Origin: a phage
Direction: 5' to 3' (one strand)
Length of the DNA: 58,547 nt
Assembly (NCBI GenBank): GCA_027568095.1
Contig: GCA_027568095.1_4956.1
Part shown: positions 53,825 through 58,547 of the stretch, piece after piece
How the letters are laid out: each line of letters opens with the position of its first letter
How positions within the stretch are numbered: position 1 is the stretch's first letter
Position numbers and translations under genes: made by a program
Notes under the pieces: model-generated
What the model was told of the DNA's origin: nothing
Seen by the model: the letters and a program-made list of their open reading frames with translations, nothing else
Databases searched by the model: none

Positions 53825-54100
53825 ATGGAATACATGTACATTGCTTTTTCATTTCTGTTAATGATTGTTGTCGTTATTACAACTGAGAAAAAAGAACAAG
53901 GGGTGATAGGGTTAGCAGTTGCTCTGATTCGTGTTCTTTCAATCATGTTGCTGGTAACCAGTTTTTCAATTGCTTTTGACATCGTGGAATTACAAAGCGA
54001 TTATTACGGTTTTGTGAAAATTCAACATCAACTAACATACGCCGTCATATTCGGTTTAGGTTCTGTTAGCCTCGCTGTTCTTTCATCTTTCAGACGTTGA
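53825..54100 (+). CDS. small membrane protein (about 3 TM)
   Basis: Three hydrophobic segments. Confidence 0.45.
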   Translation: MEYMYIAFSFLLMIVVVITTEKKEQGVIGLAVALIRVLSIMLLVTSFSIAFDIVELQSDYYGFVKIQHQLTYAVIFGLGSVSLAVLSSFRR

Positions 54101-54125
54101 AAAAAGCCCCGGAACTGTCCGGGGC
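54100..54125 (-). terminator. intrinsic terminator (GCCCCGGA-CAGT-TCCGGGGC + T6) ending the TerL-portal accessory operon
   Basis: Perfect 8-bp stem; T-run on minus strand. Confidence 0.55.
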
Positions 54126-54312
54126 AAAGTCGATCAGTAAAATACAAAAGGCCTAAACGTGAACGCGGAAAACTGTAACGGTACTATGAACGGACTGGTA
54201 AACCCTCTGAAAACGGCCTGAGTATGTGCAATCTGTGACTGAAGAAGACCAAATTGCGTAGCAGGACTTCCCAGACAACACGATGTTCTACAACACATAA
54301 TAACCCCCTTTT

Positions 54313-54567
54313 TTACGCTTTTTCTGACTCTTTAAGACCTAAAACGGCAATTACTTTTACAGCGATACGTTGCGCCAGGTCTAACTGTTGCTGGCTCAAT
54401 TTCCCGGTAGCCATCACTGCCATGATCCCACTCATTGAACCCAACGCTTTAAAATCGTTAAATGCCGACTTCATGATCACTTCTTGACTGTGACCTTCGT
54501 CTACGATCACGTGTGCGCGTAACCCCAGACTTTCGACTACTTTGTCTACCCCTTCATTCTTCGTCAT
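54313..54567 (-). CDS. hypothetical protein (84 aa)
   Basis: ORF overlapping upstream gene end. Confidence 0.4.
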   Translation of the reverse strand: MTKNEGVDKVVESLGLRAHVIVDEGHSQEVIMKSAFNDFKALGSMSGIMAVMATGKLSQQQLDLAQRIAVKVIAVLGLKESEKA

Positions 54568-55072
54568 CTTCGTTTACCTTATTTTTGGCTACTTTTGGTT
54601 GCTCACGAGGATTCAGAATTTCTTTATCAATCATCGGGGGCCACGGGCTGATATTTTCACGGGTTTCCACGGGTTCCGGTTCTGTACCTAAAAACTTACT
54701 GACAAATTCACCAGCAAAGTGAGAAGTATCGCTGACATAAACATGCATCCTGTCTAAATCAGCCTGACTAATTGAATTAGGTGCAATATTAATTTTAAAT
54801 TGATGGAAACCAACATACATCACATTAATCGGTCGTTCGATTGTCCCCGGCGTTGGGGGGATTACACCCATAATCCAACAGTAATGAACGCGACCATCTC
54901 CCATCGGTTCGCAACCCGCATTAAGCCAGCTTACTTTCTGATGGGGAAACATCGTTGTTGAGTCAGTGGCATCCCGACGTAATGACCACTCCACACCACC
55001 AATGTTAATAGTGCTTCGCGGTTTCATACCGTTAAATTGAGTGACGCCCATACCTGAGTTAATGTTCTGCAT
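54554..55072 (-). CDS. hypothetical protein (172 aa)
   Basis: AGGAAA RBS 5 nt upstream of ATG. Confidence 0.45.
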   Translation of the reverse strand: MQNINSGMGVTQFNGMKPRSTINIGGVEWSLRRDATDSTTMFPHQKVSWLNAGCEPMGDGRVHYCWIMGVIPPTPGTIERPINVMYVGFHQFKINIAPNSISQADLDRMHVYVSDTSHFAGEFVSKFLGTEPEPVETRENISPWPPMIDKEILNPREQPKVAKNKVNEDDEE

Positions 55073-55088
55073 GTCGGTTTCCTGTTAG

Positions 55089-55445
55089 TTACATCTTTTT
55101 AAGCGCGTGGATACAGGCTGCAGCCAGATCCGTTAGCTCTTTTTTAATACCAGACGTCGAACCTTCGGTTTTTTCTTCCATCAGTTCGCGATATTCCATT
55201 TCAACAATGGACATCATCCCGCCGGGCTTATCGTGGTACGACGCCCAAGTCGAAGGAGGGTTATCCATACGTGCTTTAACATGGGCCATAGCTGAACCAT
55301 GTTCGCCAGCATAGCTATCATGATGAAATACTCCCATTGCTGGATGATGCCCGTGGTGATAATGATGGTGATGATGAATCTCTACATCTTCCTCTTCATC
55401 GTCATCATCGTCTTTCTTAATAACGTAATACGGTTTGTAATGCAT
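55089..55445 (-). CDS. histidine-rich acidic protein (118 aa; DDDDDEEEDVEIHHHHHYHHGHHP)
   Basis: AGGAGA RBS 7 nt upstream of ATG 55445 (track ORF begins at an upstream TTG). Confidence 0.5.
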   Translation of the reverse strand: MHYKPYYVIKKDDDDDEEEDVEIHHHHHYHHGHHPAMGVFHHDSYAGEHGSAMAHVKARMDNPPSTWASYHDKPGGMMSIVEMEYRELMEEKTEGSTSGIKKELTDLAAACIHALKKM

Positions 55446-55495
55446 ACTCTTATCTCCTGTTAAAGCGCCCCGGAAAGAGGCGCTCAATTAACTAA

Positions 55496-56191
55496 TTAGC
55501 AGCAACCAGTTGGAGGAGTCGGAGGAGTAGGCAGTTTGAAGTTAACCAACTGTTCGACCTGGTTAATTTTGCAATTCAGTTGTGCAGTTTGCGCCAACTG
55601 AGAATTAGCAAAACGAGATTCCTGAAGCTGAGATTTCAGGTCACAAATCAGAACAGCCTGAGACTGTGCGAACTGGTCACGGATCAGTGCACGAGTTGCT
55701 TCCGCCTGACGTTCGATATTCAGGTTAGTTTCGCAGCAACACTTCTCAGCCGCTAATTGTGCCTGGAAAGAACGAGTCAGTGCCGCAGTTTCAGACGCAC
55801 AGATCGCATTGGTCACAGTGTTAGTACCATTCTGAATTTGTGTATTCAGACCTGCAAAACCTTGTACAGATGCCAGCAGGTTTTGTGTGTTCTGTTGAGT
55901 GATACCGTTAAAAGTGGAAGCTGCAGCGCGTTCAACGGTCAGGTTTGTACCATTCTGACCCTGAATGGTCTGAAGAGTACCGTTATTGATGGCTTGCAGA
56001 ATAGCGTTGGTATCTACAGAGGCTTGAACTTCTACAGGACCACCAAAGTTACCGCGACCACTCCAACCGTTACCGCCACCCCAACCGTTACCGAACCAGG
56101 AACCGATAAGACCACCGATACCACCTCCAAGTGCAGCCGCGCCAGCTTCACCGCCGAAACCGCCAGTGGGAACTAAAGTCATGTCAGACAT
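55496..56191 (-). CDS. glycine-zipper / N,Q,T-rich protein with C-terminal coiled coil and terminal Cys pair
   Basis: AGGAG RBS 7 nt upstream; N-terminus GGFGGEAGAAALGGGIGGLIGSWFGNGWGGGNGW; C-terminus ...PTPPTPPTGCC. Confidence 0.5.
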   Translation of the reverse strand: MSDMTLVPTGGFGGEAGAAALGGGIGGLIGSWFGNGWGGGNGWSGRGNFGGPVEVQASVDTNAILQAINNGTLQTIQGQNGTNLTVERAAASTFNGITQQNTQNLLASVQGFAGLNTQIQNGTNTVTNAICASETAALTRSFQAQLAAEKCCCETNLNIERQAEATRALIRDQFAQSQAVLICDLKSQLQESRFANSQLAQTAQLNCKINQVEQLVNFKLPTPPTPPTGCC

Positions 56192-56315
56192 GTTGAAACT
56201 CCTGTGAGAGAATGTTAATTAACTGTAACCGATTGGTTACTTACAGGAGTATAGACCTGTTACATTAATCTAACAGGTAATTTACAAACATTTATAATGT
56301 AATTTGTCAAGAATT

Positions 56316-56345
56316 AAAAAGAAAACGGGCGGGAATAATCCCGCC
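56316..56345 (-). terminator. intrinsic terminator after large terminase gene
   Basis: GGCGGG-ATTATT-CCCGCC hairpin followed by U-rich tract on minus strand. Confidence 0.5.
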
Positions 56346-56353
56346 ACACTGTT

Positions 56354-58123
56354 TTAAAAAATGTCACCATATTCAGGAGTACCAACAGGATTCACACCAC
56401 CAGTAAATGGTTCTTCGACAAATTCAGTGCGTTTTGGTGATAGTGCAATAACCGCAGCATCGAAAAAGTTTGGCGATTTACTCCCATTTGGTTTCTTGTC
56501 AATCACAATCTTCCCGGCACCGTTACTTGTATACGTTGGCTGGCTTAACTCAGCTTCTAACCGTTGTGCATTTTCCAGTGACGGATCAATCAGAATGATT
56601 TCGTCTGGATCCTGTGGTTGACCTTCCACATACCATTTATAAATACGCTGACAGCGCAGACGTAACGCCCATGATGCCTGCGCTTTATAATTTGAAAAAT
56701 AATCTTTGTTTGATTTACGGTCTTTGTCACCAGGTTTTGTACCACCGATAATATCACCACCCGGATCCACAACTTTTCCATTCGGTAACCACGGGCGCAC
56801 ACGGAAGCGTAAAGTATCTTTACGGTCGTTTGCCGCTACTTTAACGCCTGTACCAACACCGTTAACTTCGTACCAATATTCATCAACACCCAGCATATTA
56901 GCCATCGTCAACATTCCTGGTGCAGCCAGTTCAGCGCCCCTGTGGTCAAGCTGTAGATGTGTCAGGAATACACCGTGAGCAATTACCAGTGCACTTGCAT
57001 CTTCACCACCGTCTGCGGCATCCTGTCCGGCGATACGTTGACCTGTTGGTGTAAGTAGTCCGTTAGCTTTGCGCCATTCTGTGTCACGGAAAGCGTCAAA
57101 AGCAGCACGTACCCATTCAGCTTTAATCAGTACACCCTGAACAGCAGCGGCATAGTCGCGATCGACTTCCTGTGCGAAAATATGCTGTAAACCTTTTTCA
57201 GCGAACGATTGTTTTTCTCGCTTATACCATTCGTCATCTTTAGCCGGGTGATCACGCCAGTCAAGAACCATTACACGCAATTTACCACGGGGTAATTTCT
57301 TGCCCGGTTCCCATTCCAGACCAGCTTTACGGTTGCGATAAAAAACGTTACCAACACCGTTAACCGAACTGATATCAATACGAACGTTGGTGTTAGCTGA
57401 CAACGACGCTTCAATCAGTTCAGGACGATCTACGTGTGCTGCCTCGTCGAGAAAATAGACAGATTTACGACCACCACGACCGATGTTATCGCCAGCTTCA
57501 CCAGTAATTGTTGCACCGTTTTCAGGGTTTATACATTTCATGTAAACCAGATGGTCTTTTTCACGCAGACCGACCGGGCGTAATTCCGGTGGTAATGCGC
57601 GGATAATCTGGCGAATCTTTTCAAAAATACTATCCGGGTCGCCCAGTTTATCAACAAGCTGCTCTTTACGTGATCCCCAGCCAACTGAAGAACCGGGACG
57701 ATACAGCCACGCCCACACGGACAAACCACAGGCTACCCAGGTTGCGCCATAATCTCGCGATTTTTCCCAAAGTCCCTTCTCTTTGTCTTCAAGCGCTTCA
57801 TAAACAAACTGAACCATGTCGATCTGACGTTCGAAAAGGCAGAAAGGCATGTTAGGCGGGTATTCAGTACCAACGTTACGCGGGTCATAAGTAAACGCCC
57901 AGTCGAGAATGAATGCCACCGGGTTTGTTTCGTAATACTTTTTCAGTACTGGGACAATTGCCCGATCCGTGCGCATACGATTTAACAGGTTAATGCGGTC
58001 AATGTAACACTGTTTGTAATCCGGGCGTGGCTGACCTTTTCGCCAGATACGTTCGTCGTTTGCGTAGGCATCACGCCAGCGCGGGTAATTATGAATATTT
58101 CCAGTAAACTTATTCATGATCAT
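56354..58123 (-). CDS. terL: terminase large subunit
   Basis: 589 aa; YFLDEAAH Walker B-like segment; position upstream of portal. Confidence 0.6.
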   Translation of the reverse strand: MIMNKFTGNIHNYPRWRDAYANDERIWRKGQPRPDYKQCYIDRINLLNRMRTDRAIVPVLKKYYETNPVAFILDWAFTYDPRNVGTEYPPNMPFCLFERQIDMVQFVYEALEDKEKGLWEKSRDYGATWVACGLSVWAWLYRPGSSVGWGSRKEQLVDKLGDPDSIFEKIRQIIRALPPELRPVGLREKDHLVYMKCINPENGATITGEAGDNIGRGGRKSVYFLDEAAHVDRPELIEASLSANTNVRIDISSVNGVGNVFYRNRKAGLEWEPGKKLPRGKLRVMVLDWRDHPAKDDEWYKREKQSFAEKGLQHIFAQEVDRDYAAAVQGVLIKAEWVRAAFDAFRDTEWRKANGLLTPTGQRIAGQDAADGGEDASALVIAHGVFLTHLQLDHRGAELAAPGMLTMANMLGVDEYWYEVNGVGTGVKVAANDRKDTLRFRVRPWLPNGKVVDPGGDIIGGTKPGDKDRKSNKDYFSNYKAQASWALRLRCQRIYKWYVEGQPQDPDEIILIDPSLENAQRLEAELSQPTYTSNGAGKIVIDKKPNGSKSPNFFDAAVIALSPKRTEFVEEPFTGGVNPVGTPEYGDIF

Positions 58124-58193
58124 CGGTCCGTTTGTAACTGTTCTGTACAGTTTACCATGGGTGACAGGTGGTGACAGAGATTTAAAATAATTC

Positions 58194-58222
58194 TTGACAG
58201 ATTACAGAGGTGGTGTCAGACT
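58194..58222 (+). promoter_or_regulatory. conserved-family promoter element (TTGACA, weak -10)
   Basis: TTTAAAATAATTCTTGACAGATTACA upstream of 58248 gene. Confidence 0.35.
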
Positions 58223-58247
58223 CTGATTATCAACTGAACGGAGGGTT

Positions 58248-58547
58248 ATGAGTATGAAAATCACTAAACAAGAACTGAAAAACTTTGGTGCATGTCAGGA
58301 AGGTTTTAAACGTTTCATCGTTCAGACTAACAATACTGATGAACCGGTTGAAGTTATTAGTCTAATCGGCGGTGAAAATACCGTTTCAGACTTGTTATGG
58401 TTAGCCGGGAAAATTTTATCAAAAGAAAAAATCGTTCGGTTCGCTTGTGATTGTGCTTTGTTGAACATCGAATTGATTCGACCTTACATGAATAACTTTA
58501 ATCTGATTCAGGATTTTCTTAATAATCCATCACAGAATGCTGCTGCT
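58248..58547 (+). CDS. 5' part of an ORF running off the window end (hypothetical)
   Basis: GGAGGG RBS upstream of ATG 58248; open to window end (100 codons). Confidence 0.35.
   Translation, partial: MSMKITKQELKNFGACQEGFKRFIVQTNNTDEPVEVISLIGGENTVSDLLWLAGKILSKEKIVRFACDCALLNIELIRPYMNNFNLIQDFLNNPSQNAAA

Noticed and set aside
56221-56285. LexA/SOS-box-like CTGT...ACAG palindromes upstream of the glycine-rich operon
   Set aside because: Spacing between CTGT and ACAG is 12 nt or more, not the 8 nt of a LexA box; kept only as generic operator-like palindromes.
56304-56330. Conserved-family promoter driving the glycine-rich operon
   Set aside because: TTGACA and part of the AT-rich element are present (minus strand) but no acceptable -10 hexamer lies at 16-18 bp; expression may instead come from TerL read-through.
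1-58547. Lysogeny module (integrase, excisionase, CI/Cro-like switch, attP)
   Set aside because: No tyrosine/serine recombinase-like ORF or repressor pair was recognised; the small HTH proteins are not arranged as a CI/Cro switch. The phage is provisionally treated as virulent.

Overview
The window reads as most or all of a ~58.5 kb genome of a tailed dsDNA phage, probably virulent (no integrase, excisionase or CI-like repressor was found). All calls come from manual reading of the sequence and the supplied six-frame track; no database search was run, so family names are motif-based inferences. Layout: (i) 1-3.7 kb, plus-strand block of small early genes including an RdgC-like gene; (ii) 3.8-4.5 kb, a lone minus-strand terminase-small-subunit-like gene; (iii) 4.5-5.0 kb, AT-rich divergent control region with iteron-like repeats; (iv) 5.8-17.6 kb, minus-strand early/replication block (RelA/SpoT-type HD hydrolase, ParB-like, SLOG/DUF2493-like, methyltransferase-like, primase-helicase, VRR-NUC, DnaQ-like exonuclease, SF2 helicase); (v) 17.8-24.5 kb, plus-strand replication block (Cas4-like nuclease, SSB-like protein, family-B-like DNA polymerase, NDT-like protein, Dam-like methyltransferase); (vi) 24.5-25.9 kb, lysis cassette; (vii) 25.9-39.1 kb, lambda-like tail module with a canonical -1 frameshift in the tail chaperone; (viii) 39.7-58.1 kb, head/packaging module (major capsid, scaffold, head morphogenesis, portal, large terminase) interrupted by plus-strand accessory islands and an odd operon between terminase and portal. 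Most worth a second look: a 560-bp ORF-free structured region inside the late operon carrying a 14-nt copy of the 16S rRNA 3' end; the glycine-zipper/histidine-rich operon between TerL and portal; a 54-bp element shared by two divergent control regions 39 kb apart; a phage-encoded alarmone-hydrolase-like gene; and three genes interrupted by single-nucleotide frameshifts.
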